Notes: generated by a model not told the origin, from the sequence alone. A stretch of DNA of 61,809 nucleotides, filler included, from 9 parts of 9 records of this genome joined end to end with filler, not necessarily neighbours in it, one strand, 5' to 3'. Positions 18,664 through 29,276 are shown, numbered from the whole stretch's first letter. Made by a program: numbers and translations.

Positions 18664-20499
18664 TTAGGTTGAATACAGGGGAAGAGAAACCACGAAGGTG
18701 GTCACACCCTTTTCGGATCGAATGTCCATTTTTCCATTGAGCAACCTCAAAATCCGGTATGTAATATAGAGCCCGCGACCTTCGCCGGCCCCCTCAAGGC
18801 TCTTCATCTGATCCTGTTTCGACATTTCGCCGCTGTTTGAAATTTCCGCGCAGGCCCATTCCCCAAGGGCATAGGTTTTAACGGCCAGGGTACCCCCTTT
18901 CAGGGGAATCGCCTTGGTGGCGTTGTTCAAGAGGTTGTCAATAACCCTTTCAATGTGGACTGAATGGCACTTGACCCTTAAATCGCCGTCGTACGGTCCC
19001 TGTTTCAGTACCACATCCTGTTTTAGCAACTCTTTAATGGCTTCCTTGTTGATCTCAAACCTTTTTTGTATCATACGGGAAAAGTCCACAACCTGTTCTT
19101 CCCCCACCGCATAGACGCCCATGGCCAGTTCCTGGAGCCGGCTGGTCTCCTCCAGAAGGATATCCACATATTTCTGAATCTGCTCCCTGGAAGATTCCAG
19201 GTCGTCTTTTCGAATCAGGGATTTCAGGCGGCGCGCAAAGCCGGCCGTGGCAATGGCCGGGTTCTTGAAATCATGAAGTGCATCATCCAGTTGTTCCATT
19301 TTTTGCGCCTTTATCAGTTCGCGACCCAGGAAGAGAAAAACCCCGATCTCTTCCTCCCGGTATCTTTTTCGATAATCCAGCGCATCAAATGTCATAAAAT
19401 GGGTGATTTCGCCGGCAACTTTAAGGGGGATAAACAGGACCGAATTAATCCCGTGACGTCGTGCGAACCGCTTATTGTTTTCCGACATCAGGCTGCTTCG
19501 TTCCACATCAACGATCAGGATGAAAAAGGGGGTGACCTCTTCATATCTGGAATCTCCGGAATAATCCCTGAGATTCAGGAGCAATTCATAGACGGGCTCA
19601 CTGTCAACCGGCACTGCCTTCCCCACGGAATGGTAACCGCCGATCAACGGGAAACCCGCCTGCAGGACAACCTGGTCCAGTGCGGGCCCCACCGAAAACA
19701 GGGCGCAACTCTGAAGGTCCACCATATCCGCCAATTCCGGCACCACCTCATTGAAAACCTCAGCCAGCTTCACCCCGCCACGGCTTCCAATCTTGAGAAA
19801 AATATGGTTCACAATGGCTTCCCGCTTTTCAGCGATTCGGTTCATGCTCAGAATTTTTTTGTGCGCCATGACAAAACTGAGCCGTTTGGCCATGGTATTG
19901 GCGATTTTGATTTCAAGGCGGCTGAACTTTCGCTCACCATCCCCATAATAGAACTGAATGACACCCAGCGTATCCCGTTCCCTGGGAAAAAAACGGGGAA
20001 TTTCGAAGGGAATGGCCATCAAAGAGTGGAGGCCTTCTTTCACAACGGTCCTTTTATTGTGATACAGGTCCTCTTTCATCAGATTGGGGGAGAAATAGGT
20101 TTGGCGGGTTCGCAAGACCTCCCCGGAAATGCTGTCCTCAAGGGGGATGGCGGTTTCCCGCGTCTCCTCCCTGGATGGGTACGATCCATAGGAGAGCATC
20201 TGTTCGGTCTTGGGGTCATATATCCGTACGGAAGCGGATGTTGCCCCCAGGAAAGAGACCATGTGGGAGGTGGCTTTTTCCAGGATTGTCTGCTCGGAAA
20301 GATCCGGATCAATATCAACGATATCGTCTATCTTTCGACCAAACCGTTCCAGAAACTTCGGCAAAAGGTTTTCTTCAATCCATTGAATGTAATGGGTCCA
20401 GAATTCCCCATCTTCAGAAAAGCTTTCAGCCCAGGGTTCCAGCCGGATATCCCTGATCAGATTCTCCAATCCCATCAACATAGAAGGCGCTCTCATCAT
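18664..20499 (-). CDS. Cytoplasmic double-GAF sensor histidine kinase (atypical ATP-binding domain)
   Basis: Two GAF-like regions (SLMAIPF, SVLFIPL); H-box LHDFKNP; N-box DNLLNNA; G2 GEGRGL; G1 box reads SNSGEM. Confidence 0.8.
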   Translation of the reverse strand: MMRAPSMLMGLENLIRDIRLEPWAESFSEDGEFWTHYIQWIEENLLPKFLERFGRKIDDIVDIDPDLSEQTILEKATSHMVSFLGATSASVRIYDPKTEQMLSYGSYPSREETRETAIPLEDSISGEVLRTRQTYFSPNLMKEDLYHNKRTVVKEGLHSLMAIPFEIPRFFPRERDTLGVIQFYYGDGERKFSRLEIKIANTMAKRLSFVMAHKKILSMNRIAEKREAIVNHIFLKIGSRGGVKLAEVFNEVVPELADMVDLQSCALFSVGPALDQVVLQAGFPLIGGYHSVGKAVPVDSEPVYELLLNLRDYSGDSRYEEVTPFFILIVDVERSSLMSENNKRFARRHGINSVLFIPLKVAGEITHFMTFDALDYRKRYREEEIGVFLFLGRELIKAQKMEQLDDALHDFKNPAIATAGFARRLKSLIRKDDLESSREQIQKYVDILLEETSRLQELAMGVYAVGEEQVVDFSRMIQKRFEINKEAIKELLKQDVVLKQGPYDGDLRVKCHSVHIERVIDNLLNNATKAIPLKGGTLAVKTYALGEWACAEISNSGEMSKQDQMKSLEGAGEGRGLYITYRILRLLNGKMDIRSEKGVTTFVVSLPLYST

Positions 20500-20696
20500 G
20501 GGGCAGGGTTTAAATTAATTGGGCCAAAATAACAAAAACCTCCCCACAAGTCAAGCACATGTGCATGGGGGTTATGGTATTTGAATGACGAGCCCCCTTG
20601 ACCCCCATGCCTGCCTGTGGTAAATCTGGAGTGGAATGAAAGGGAGGAGGACAACGGTCCATATCATTGCAATGCTTCCCGCTCCACAACCGCCAT

Positions 20697-21074
20697 ATGC
20701 CCATGAATATCAGAAAATCTTTTGAAATACTTGAAATTGATACAGACGCCACGGAAGATGAAGCGAGACAGGCTTACAAGGATCTTGTGGCTGTGTGGCA
20801 CCCGGATCGCTTTTCTCACAACCCACGCCTCAAAAAGAAGGCGGAGGAAAAATTGAAAGAAGCCAACCTGGCTTTTGAAACGGTACAGGCCTTTTTTTCC
20901 GCCACGGGGAAAAAAAAGGCCCCTCCCAAAGAGCCGAGGGAAAAAGACGGGTTCAGTAAAACGGAACTGGCCGCGGAACTGGGCACCGGCGCTGTTCTGA
21001 CCCTCTGGTCTTATCTTTCGGATAAGATCAATCACATGTTGTCCGAGGAAAACAGAAAGAGAAAACCCAAGTGA
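20697..21074 (+). CDS. Small J-domain protein
   Basis: FEILEI...ARQAYKDLVAVWHPDRF...LKEANLAF with HPD motif. Confidence 0.85.
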   Translation: MPMNIRKSFEILEIDTDATEDEARQAYKDLVAVWHPDRFSHNPRLKKKAEEKLKEANLAFETVQAFFSATGKKKAPPKEPREKDGFSKTELAAELGTGAVLTLWSYLSDKINHMLSEENRKRKPK

Positions 21075-21179
21075 AAAACACCCGCCCCATGGGAAAAAAC
21101 CCAAGGTATTAAAGAAAGTTGAGATTCATGTTTTCAGGTGATATGATGCAAAATATCAAGTTAACATAAGGGGACTGTC

Positions 21180-21485
21180 ATGAAAAAACGCCATAGAATC
21201 ACAATCGTAATTCTGATCGCATCGCTTGCGCTTTTTTTCTGCCAGGGACAAACCATCCTGGCACAGGAGCGCATCAAGGCACTGGACGACGATAAGGCCG
21301 GCTACATGATGGGAGATCTGGTCATCATGAGACCCCTGGGGATCGCCGCTACGGCCGTGGGAACGGTTTTCTACGTGCTGTCTCTCCCCTTTTCCCTGGC
21401 CGGTGGAAACGAGGCGGAGGCGCGGCAGAAACTCATGGCGGACCCGGCGGAATATACGTTCACGAGACCCCTGGGCGATTTCTAA
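21180..21485 (+). CDS. Conserved small exported/membrane hypothetical protein
   Basis: Signal peptide, hydrophobic segment DLVIMRPLGIAATAVG, C-terminal FTRPLGDF; RBS AAGGGG. Confidence 0.7.
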   Translation: MKKRHRITIVILIASLALFFCQGQTILAQERIKALDDDKAGYMMGDLVIMRPLGIAATAVGTVFYVLSLPFSLAGGNEAEARQKLMADPAEYTFTRPLGDF

Positions 21486-21517
21486 ATCGTGCTCTTTTCC
21501 ATCTCACCGGGTAATAA

Positions 21518-21943
21518 TCAACCATCAGGGTTTTCAATTGCCCGGATCCGCCGGCTCAAGGTCTGCAACAATTCAATGGCCACGGAGGGGTATTTTTTGA
21601 TTTCATCCCTGAAATTCCATTGATCCAGGGAGAGTACCTCGGTGTCGATCCGTGCAACAACGCTTGCCGTTCTGACATAATCATCTATCAACGCCATTTC
21701 GCCGAAGTAGGTTCCGGAAACCAGCTCTCTTAGGAGCATTTCGGAAGGTTCGCCCATCCCCTTTATAACCGCCACTTCACCCGAGACAATGACAAACAAC
21801 CGCCCATCCCTGGCACCCTCCCTGACAATCACATCCCCCGCCTCATAGCGATGGCGCCGGGTCAATTTCGACAACCGACGGAGGTCCCGCTTCTTCATCA
21901 GTGAAAAAAGAGAAATTTTTGACAGTATCTCAGCAGTATCCAT
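21518..21943 (-). CDS. Stand-alone cyclic-nucleotide-binding domain protein
   Basis: FGEMALIDDYVRTASV phosphate-binding cassette; no HTH. Confidence 0.88.
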   Translation of the reverse strand: MDTAEILSKISLFSLMKKRDLRRLSKLTRRHRYEAGDVIVREGARDGRLFVIVSGEVAVIKGMGEPSEMLLRELVSGTYFGEMALIDDYVRTASVVARIDTEVLSLDQWNFRDEIKKYPSVAIELLQTLSRRIRAIENPDG

Positions 21944-21952
21944 AAGGTCTCA

Positions 21953-22672
21953 TCATAGAAGGTATTCAGGATTAACATTTTGCAGGGCATGAAAAATGTT
22001 TCCTTTGATTTTCCTGTTTTTTCGGTAAAAACCGCTCAACATGCCCTTGATCTCTTCCCGTTTGGTGGCCCCTTCGCTGGGGCACCCCAGTTGAATCCGG
22101 GGGAAATCCATTGTTTCGGCATAACGCCGGATAAGGTCTTCCTCCACCCGGTAAAGGGGCCGGATGATCGTCAGTTTTCCATCAAAAAGCTCCTGCACCG
22201 GCAGCATGGTACTAATGGAAGCACCATAAAAAATATTCAAGAAAAGCGTTTCGATGATATCATCTTTATGATGACCCAGAGCGATCCGGTTGCATCCGAG
22301 GGTATCCGCCATCTCAAACAGTAGTTTTCTTCTCATTCGAGAGCAGAGAAAACAGGGATTTTCTCGATTTTCAGGACCATGGGCCTTTGGTCCGATGTCG
22401 CTTTCAATGATCCTGAAGTCGACCCCATGGGTTGAAAAAAAAGCCTCCATTTCCCTTGCGGAATCTCCACCGAAACCGGGGTCCACATGGACGGCGGTGA
22501 TATGGTAGGAAATGGGAATCCGTTTCAACCGTTCATTCAGAATCCGCAACAGAACAAAACTGTCCTTGCCGCCGGATACCCCAACCAGAACATGATCCCC
22601 GTCCCGGATCATTTTTTGATGGTGAATGGCCTTTCCCGTGAGCCGTTTCATCTCCCTGGCAACAAAACCCAC
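21953..22672 (-). CDS. ttcA: tRNA 2-thiocytidine biosynthesis TtcA family protein
   Basis: PP-loop SGGKDS, CFLCSRMRR, GHHKDD, IIRPL. Confidence 0.82.
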   Translation of the reverse strand: MGFVAREMKRLTGKAIHHQKMIRDGDHVLVGVSGGKDSFVLLRILNERLKRIPISYHITAVHVDPGFGGDSAREMEAFFSTHGVDFRIIESDIGPKAHGPENRENPCFLCSRMRRKLLFEMADTLGCNRIALGHHKDDIIETLFLNIFYGASISTMLPVQELFDGKLTIIRPLYRVEEDLIRRYAETMDFPRIQLGCPSEGATKREEIKGMLSGFYRKNRKIKGNIFHALQNVNPEYLL

Positions 22673-22697
22673 TTCTTCTTGGCGCCCCCTTTAAAAA

Positions 22698-23375
22698 TCA
22701 GTAATAGGAAGATTTCCTTTTACGCTGTTGTCTTCCCATGACAAGCCCGAAAATGAGCCCCACCAGCAATACCACAGCCCCTGTCAAAAACCATCGGTTC
22801 CGCTGTGAAGACTTCAGAATCATATTTTCCTTCTGCAGCGTTTCAAGGGTCACACGTGCTTCCCGCAAGGCTTTGAGGGTCTTATCGTGGTTTTCCTGAA
22901 GCGTCAGTAAAGAGCCGGACGCTTTTTTCAGGGATTCATATTTCGTTCTAACGCTCTTAAGCCCATTTTCCGCCTTTTCCAGCTTTTCACTCATCAACTC
23001 CTTTTCACCGGATGAAGCCGACCACTCTTTTTCAATGTTCTCAGCCCTCTGTTTGAGACGAACATTTTCCGATTTCAAACTCGCCACCTGGAACTTCCAC
23101 GGAACGTCACGGGTCAGGAAACTGCTGACAACCCAACCCTCATAATGACGGGAGGCACTCCCTGTAAAGCGAACATGGCTCCAGCCGGCCTGTGTATTAA
23201 GGATCTCCACGGGTGCATCCTGTTTAAGCATAGTGATGATCTTGTCTCTTGCGCTGGGTCCCGAGCGCAAATTTATTTTTGAAGGGTTCACAATATAAGC
23301 CTTTTCGGCCCAACTGGTGTGGACTGAAAAAAGCACCCAAAGACCCATAAACATCATGACGGCTATTTTCTTCAT
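22698..23375 (-). CDS. SH3-domain protein (YgiM/TIGR04211-like) with coiled coil and C-terminal TM
   Basis: Signal peptide, NLRSGPS..GWSHV..GWV SH3b motifs, WFLTGAVVLLVGLIFG anchor. Confidence 0.82.
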   Translation of the reverse strand: MKKIAVMMFMGLWVLFSVHTSWAEKAYIVNPSKINLRSGPSARDKIITMLKQDAPVEILNTQAGWSHVRFTGSASRHYEGWVVSSFLTRDVPWKFQVASLKSENVRLKQRAENIEKEWSASSGEKELMSEKLEKAENGLKSVRTKYESLKKASGSLLTLQENHDKTLKALREARVTLETLQKENMILKSSQRNRWFLTGAVVLLVGLIFGLVMGRQQRKRKSSYY

Positions 23376-23448
23376 CTGGTTTTCCCCTGTTTGCTTAAGG
23401 CTGAAAGCTGAAAGTTAAAAGGGGCTTCACCCTCTTCCCTTTGATCTT

Positions 23449-23880
23449 CTACCCCTTTTCCTTTTTAATCACCCTGATATCCGTAATCATGGTTCCCGGA
23501 TATTGACCTTGATCATTCTTTTCCAGATACTTCACCATATCCCAAATGGTGTTCAGGGCCATGGAGACACCGACCAGGGCTTCCATCTCAACCCCTGTCC
23601 GGGCCCGGCATCGCACGGTACATCGGGCCTCAATGCCGCCCGGGCCCATTTCAAAGTTCACCCTTACCATATCCAGCGGTATCTGGTGACAATGGGGAAT
23701 CAAAAGATGGGTCTGTTTCGCCGCGTTCATGGCCGCGACCTCCGCCACCGGCAGAGGGTCCCCCTTCCTGATTTCCCCCTCACGCACCTTTTTCAGCGTC
23801 TCGGAAGAAAGCCGAACTCTGCCTGCCGCCGTTGCCTGCCGCTTCACCACCGGTTTCTCACCCACATCGATCATGCCCAT
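23449..23880 (-). CDS. moaC: Cyclic pyranopterin monophosphate synthase MoaC
   Basis: MIDVGEK, KGDP, LIPHCH, TGVEMEAL, IWDMVK. Confidence 0.93.
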   Translation of the reverse strand: MGMIDVGEKPVVKRQATAAGRVRLSSETLKKVREGEIRKGDPLPVAEVAAMNAAKQTHLLIPHCHQIPLDMVRVNFEMGPGGIEARCTVRCRARTGVEMEALVGVSMALNTIWDMVKYLEKNDQGQYPGTMITDIRVIKKEKG

Positions 23881-23914
23881 AAAACAGACGCCCCCATGTC
23901 AAAACTCTTCCTTT

Positions 23915-24014
23915 NNNNNNNNNNNNNNNNNNNNNNNNNNNNNNNNNNNNNNNNNNNNTTAATTAATTAANNNNNNNNNNNNNNNNNNNNNNNNNNNNNN
24001 NNNNNNNNNNNNNN
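23915..24014. other. Artificial contig linker
   Basis: 44 N + TTAATTAATTAA + 44 N. Confidence 0.99.
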
Positions 24015-25470
24015 GTTCCTGGCAAACATGAGCCATGAGATCCGAACCCCCCTGAATGCCGTCACCGGTTTCAGCGAACTGCTCTCCAACGAAACCACGG
24101 ACCCGAAACAGCAAAGCTATATCAATGCCATTAAAATCGCTGCCAAAAGCCTGCTCACCCTGATCAACGATGTTCTTGACATGTCCAAAATCGAAGCCAG
24201 CATGCTGGAGATCAGGAAGGAGCCGGTTTATCTCAAACGGTTATTTGAAGACATTATACAGATATTCCATGGAACCGCACGGAACAACGGCATCCGGTTA
24301 ATCCTGGAGGTAGCGGAGGATCTTCCGCCCTGTCTCATGCTGGATGAAAACAGGCTCCGGCAGGTCCTTGTCAATCTTGTGGGCAACGCGGTCAAGTTCA
24401 CTGAAAAGGGGCATATCACCCTTGGGGCAAAATGCCGGGGCCCCGTGAAAAACCGGATTGATCTGATTATTTCAGTTGCGGATACAGGTCCGGGAATCGC
24501 AGAAGAGGACCATCCGACAATTTTTGAAGCCTTCAGACAGCTGGATGGATCGGGAACAAGAAAACACAGCGGTACCGGTCTTGGATTATCCATCAGTAAG
24601 CGGCTCGTCGAATTGATGAACGGACAAATTACCCTCATCAGTGAAGAAAACGCGGGAAGCCTGTTTGAGATCCGTTTAAATGGCATTGAGATCGGATCGG
24701 CAGATGAATTGCTGAGTGTTGAAAGTCAAAACTTTAATGCTGAGAATGTGGTATTTAACCAGCAGAAGATATTAATCGTGGACGATAGTGAATCCAATAG
24801 AACCTTTATCAAGGAGCTGCTCCGCAAAGTAAACCTTACGGTCCGGACAGCCTCCAATGGCCGGGAGGCACTGGAGATAATCAAAGAATCCCGGCCCGAC
24901 CTGGTTTTTATGAATATCAAAATGCCGGTCATGGATGGTGAGACTGCAACCGGAATACTCAAAGCCGATCCTGAAACCCAAAACATCCCCATACTGGCCC
25001 TGACGGCGGGCATTGACCTCAAAGAAAAGCACCACCTGCTGGAAACAGGATTTGACGGATACCTTGACAAGCCTGTCGACACCAATAAGCTGTTTACCGA
25101 ACTCTCCCGGTTCTTTAAATATACGATCAAGGAAGAATTCCCAAAAACGGTCAGTGCCTCGGATGCAATCGATATTAAGACGGTACAAGACCCTGTTCAA
25201 CTGATATCCATACTGAAAAATGAAATACAAACCTCGATTCAGGATATGGAACAGGCGATGATCATCGGACAGATCGAAACACTGGGACACCGGCTCCATG
25301 AACTCGGGAGCAACCATCAACTGGCACTGCTGACCCGGTTCAGTGAAGACTTGATCGGCTGTGTCAATGTGTACGATGTCACCGGTATCAAGGAAAAATT
25401 CCGGGAACTGCCGCTTCTCATTGAACGGCTGGAAGCAAGCCTGGAGAATTCCGATACATTTTTGACCTGA
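24015..25470 (+). CDS. Hybrid histidine kinase (5' end cut), receiver carries Asn at the phosphoacceptor position
   Basis: [12 protein letters not shown] at contig start, NLVGNAVKFT, GTGLGL, receiver DLVFMNIKMP. Confidence 0.9.
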
Positions 25471-25564
25471 CCGGGCCGGCCCGATTTCCCCGCTTGATAA
25501 TTTTTTCCATTCCCATTATTATCCTCCCCGACATTTACTTTACATACTAACAAGCGGAGATCGG

Positions 25565-26758
25565 ATGTATACAGCGTTCAGACAAATACCCCCGGAAGCC
25601 TTTGGCATTAACCCGGTCATAAGAATAAGAAACATCAATGCGGTTGTACATAACTACAGGCTCTTCAAAGAAAAGGCGGACAAAACAGGATCGGAATGCG
25701 CGGCGGTTCTCAAGGGGGAAGTCCATGGCCTTGTAATGAAAGATGTCGCCCCCGCCCTTTACAAGGAAGGGGCCAGGGTTTTCTTTGTTGCGGAATTATT
25801 CGAGGGAATTGAACTTCGTGACATCCTTCCCCATAAAGATGCAAGGATTTATACCCTTGCCGGTATGCTCGAGGGTGAAGAAGCCCATTTCCATCAACAC
25901 GCCATCAGACCATGCATAAACTGCATAGAACAGCTCGAGCGGTGGAATGCCTACTGCCGTGAACAGGGCCCCGGCTCGGCAATCATTCACCTTGACAGTC
26001 ACATGAACAGGCTCGGGCTTCTGGATGATGAAGTAAAAACACTCTCCGAAAACTTTGACGACCTGACCTCATCCGTAACCATTGATTACTATATGAGTCA
26101 TTTCTACGACATTAAGGGAGATGACCATACCAACTGCTATCGTCAGCTTGAAGTGTTAAAAGACTACCTTGAAGTACTTCCCAAAGCCCCTGTGACATTT
26201 GCCTGTACGGACAGTGTGATTCTTCTGGATAACGATGAATTCAATTTCGATATGATAAGGCCGGGGATCGGCCTTGTGGGCGGGGCGCCCAATGCTGATA
26301 GTCCTGTTTCGCCGGATGCAAGGCACACCCTGGAAATATACGCAAAAATATCCCAGATCAAAAACGTTTCCAAGGGGCAAACGGTGGGATACGGCGGCGC
26401 CTACACAACAACACGGGACACAAGGATCGCCCTTGTGCATATCGGATATAAAGACGGCTACATGAGAGCATTGAGCGGACTTGACAATGATTCCGGCGCA
26501 TATATGCAGATTGACCGGTACAGGGTTCCCGTAATCGGAAAGATCTCCCTCGATGCCACCACCATCGATGTAACGGATGTACCGGATTCCGTGCTCGAAA
26601 ACATCAAATACGCCGAAGTGACCGGGCCCAATGTGGACCTGCGCATCCTGGCGGATTTTGCCGGATGTTATGAGCTGATGGTCGCACTGGGAAAACCGGG
26701 AAAAAAGATCGCCGATTATACGGAGGAAGAATTTAATCGTAAGTTTGGAAATAGATAG
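25565..26758 (+). CDS. Alanine racemase family (fold-type III PLP) enzyme, divergent
   Basis: AVLK (PLP Lys50), MNRLG, MSHF, IRPGIGL, VGYGG (catalytic Tyr), IGYKDGY. Confidence 0.85.
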   Translation: MYTAFRQIPPEAFGINPVIRIRNINAVVHNYRLFKEKADKTGSECAAVLKGEVHGLVMKDVAPALYKEGARVFFVAELFEGIELRDILPHKDARIYTLAGMLEGEEAHFHQHAIRPCINCIEQLERWNAYCREQGPGSAIIHLDSHMNRLGLLDDEVKTLSENFDDLTSSVTIDYYMSHFYDIKGDDHTNCYRQLEVLKDYLEVLPKAPVTFACTDSVILLDNDEFNFDMIRPGIGLVGGAPNADSPVSPDARHTLEIYAKISQIKNVSKGQTVGYGGAYTTTRDTRIALVHIGYKDGYMRALSGLDNDSGAYMQIDRYRVPVIGKISLDATTIDVTDVPDSVLENIKYAEVTGPNVDLRILADFAGCYELMVALGKPGKKIADYTEEEFNRKFGNR

Positions 26759-26894
26759 AAAAACATAAAGCAAACCCGGTATATATTTTCAGTATTGGAC
26801 TTTTTTAAAATTATGAGGTAAGTACTCCACATTGTTGTAGTAATGTTTTAGCGGGATTGTTACCCCGGACAAGGACGAGGCATGGCGGTTAACT

Positions 26895-28163
26895 TTGAAT
26901 AGCACATCAAAGAACGAGTTCAATACTAAAGACACCTCTGTTTCCAGTCTTGAACAAGAGATTGACGGCTGCCTGAAACGCAACACCCGGTCCCTGAAAT
27001 TTCCCGGGATACTGGAAAAAAAGTTTAACCAAGAAAACCTCCGGACGAGAAAACAGAGATTTACGGCACTGGGGCTGATTGGAATCGTTTTATATCAGTC
27101 GTTTTGCATCGCTGACCGGCTCATGCTGCCCGACATTTATCTGAGTGCCTGGAAAATCCGTTTCGGCATTGTTACCCCATTGTTGTTCCTGTTTATAAGC
27201 TCTCTTCGGGTGAAAATGTTTGAGCGGTCCATGGATTACATCATGGGGTTCTGCATGACGCTTACGTCCATGAGCATCATGGTGATCATGTATCTCAGCA
27301 GTCATCCCAATGTGCCTCAATACTACACGGGGATCCTCACCATTGTCATGTGCGGCAATATTATCGCACGGTTACGTTTTGTTCCGGCCCTCCTCAACTC
27401 CCTGCTGATCCTCGCACTCTACATTTTTACAACATCTCAAATTCCTGCCATGTCCCTGGAAGCCGCGTGCAACAGTACCATGGTACTGTTCTCGTCCATT
27501 CTCACAAGCCTCATCGGCAACTACCGCATGGAATATGAAGAGAGGAAAGACTACCTGCGGACCCTTCAGGACAAAATCAATGTGCTCAAGATTGAAGAAT
27601 CCAACAGAAAACTTGAACGGTTATCCCACTCCGACAGCCTCACGGGGCTTTTCAACCGCAGGTATTTTGACCGTACCTTTGACAGGAAGTGGCGCAGCGC
27701 TCTCCGTCACACCTGGCCAATGTCCCTGATTTTTATCGATGTGGACTATTTCAAGCTTTACAACGACACCTACGGTCACCAGGCCGGAGACGACTGCCTG
27801 GAACGAATTGGCCATGTGATCAAGGAGACCCTTCAGAGAGGCGATGATTTTGCCGCCAGATACGGCGGCGAGGAATTTATTATCCTCCTTTCCCACACGG
27901 GAATGGACCAGGCCCTTGAAACAGCTGAAAAAATCCGGCGCCATATTGAAGCAATGGATCTGGAACACAGCCGGTCCCCCTTATCCCGGATTACCGTCAG
28001 CCTGGGGGTATCCAGTGTTGTGCCCGACATCCACAGCGATGCATCCATATTCCTGAAACTGTCCGACTCGGCCCTATACAGGGCAAAGGAAGAAGGCCGC
28101 AACCGGGTCTGCTTCGAGGCGTACCCCCCTGACGCCCGACCCTTGCCTGTAATGGCCTGCTGA
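26895..28163 (+). CDS. Membrane-bound diguanylate cyclase
   Basis: About six TM helices; DSLTGLFNRR, DVDYFKLYND, I-site RGDD, active site GGEEF. Confidence 0.92.
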   Translation: MNSTSKNEFNTKDTSVSSLEQEIDGCLKRNTRSLKFPGILEKKFNQENLRTRKQRFTALGLIGIVLYQSFCIADRLMLPDIYLSAWKIRFGIVTPLLFLFISSLRVKMFERSMDYIMGFCMTLTSMSIMVIMYLSSHPNVPQYYTGILTIVMCGNIIARLRFVPALLNSLLILALYIFTTSQIPAMSLEAACNSTMVLFSSILTSLIGNYRMEYEERKDYLRTLQDKINVLKIEESNRKLERLSHSDSLTGLFNRRYFDRTFDRKWRSALRHTWPMSLIFIDVDYFKLYNDTYGHQAGDDCLERIGHVIKETLQRGDDFAARYGGEEFIILLSHTGMDQALETAEKIRRHIEAMDLEHSRSPLSRITVSLGVSSVVPDIHSDASIFLKLSDSALYRAKEEGRNRVCFEAYPPDARPLPVMAC

Positions 28164-28429
28164 ACCTGTTACAAGATACCAAACAAGCGGTAATGCATTG
28201 CCGCCCTGTCCGTTTTTTCAGCGATCCGTCCCAAAAGCATTTTTAACGTTGCGAAATCCGATATGACATTTCCATCCATTTCTCCATCCTTTTGGATGGT
28301 GATTATTATCCGTTTCTCCATTACATCTGATCCCAGGAAAGTACAAAAGAAAGGGAGGTGGCAGTGGAGAATTTCAGATCGCAGTAAAGTGCCAGAAAAA
28401 CGGTCCCACTATTTTAAAGGAGATATGAC

Positions 28430-28756
28430 ATGCTTACAAATAAGAAAGAAAAATCGACGACAGTCAAACGGTCCTTGATCATTTTTATTTATTGCATCGC
28501 CGTCATTGCTCTTACGGGAGTCAATGCATTTGCCCAGCACTATCTGAGTCATTCGGTCAGGGACAGTTTGACCCATAAGGAAAAAATAGCACTGTTAGCT
28601 GAAGAATATCCGGCTTTAAGCCGGTATGAACTGGAGGACAGGGTAAAAAACCGGACACAGGCGGTTTTCCAGCCGGAAAAAGATTACGTGTATGGCGGCT
28701 TTCGTGAAAACCTGAGTGCCGCGGAAAAGAGACGGCTGATTAACGAAGAGGATTGA
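28430..28756 (+). CDS. Small exported hypothetical protein with internal repeat
   Basis: RBS AAGGAG, signal peptide ending ..NAFA, two related 16-aa segments. Confidence 0.6.
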   Translation: MLTNKKEKSTTVKRSLIIFIYCIAVIALTGVNAFAQHYLSHSVRDSLTHKEKIALLAEEYPALSRYELEDRVKNRTQAVFQPEKDYVYGGFRENLSAAEKRRLINEED

Positions 28757-28800
28757 TCCCCACCAACTGAATGCATCCACGTGCCATTTCCTGTTTTTGT

Positions 28801-28831
28801 CCCGGAGAGATCCACAGCGGGTCTCTCCGGG
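28801..28831. terminator. Stem-loop after the 28430-28756 gene
   Basis: CCCGGAGAGA-N11-TCTCTCCGGG perfect 10-bp inverted repeat; no immediate U-tract. Confidence 0.4.
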
Positions 28832-28981
28832 GCAAAGGATTTCCCGCCCGCATCTTTTTTTTATTCACAAGATCCTTGCTATATTTCCCGGATTATTATA
28901 TCGAAGGCGTTTTTGTTTCATACAGGAGTTTTCAGCCACGGATATAAAAAATCCTAATTCGGTTTATATACAGAGGAATCA

Positions 28982-29276
28982 ATGTTTCATGTTATAGCAC
29001 CTTCAGGCACCCCGTCCGGTTTCTTCCGTTACCCCGCAATGACCCTGCTGGCTCTTTTCCTGGCAACCCTTTGCACCGGATGCGTCCATCTCAAACCCGG
29101 TCCACCAATCACACAGAGCCCTCCGGTGATTCAGGAAACAGCGGATGGAACGGACCCGACCATTAAAGATGCGCCTGCAAAGGAAATTCCGGTTAAAGAC
29201 GTTACGGAAAAAACGGCGCCGGTCAACCAGGAGCCCCGGCCGGACAAAGCGGCAAACGGGAAGAAGAACCAAACCA
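28982..29276 (+). CDS. Putative lipoprotein, 3' end cut by linker
   Basis: Hydrophobic stretch + CTGC lipobox followed by Pro/Thr-rich linker; RBS GAGG. Confidence 0.5.

Noticed and set aside
19066-20532. 488-aa plus-strand ORF
   Set aside because: Antisense shadow of the GAF kinase; no recognisable motifs
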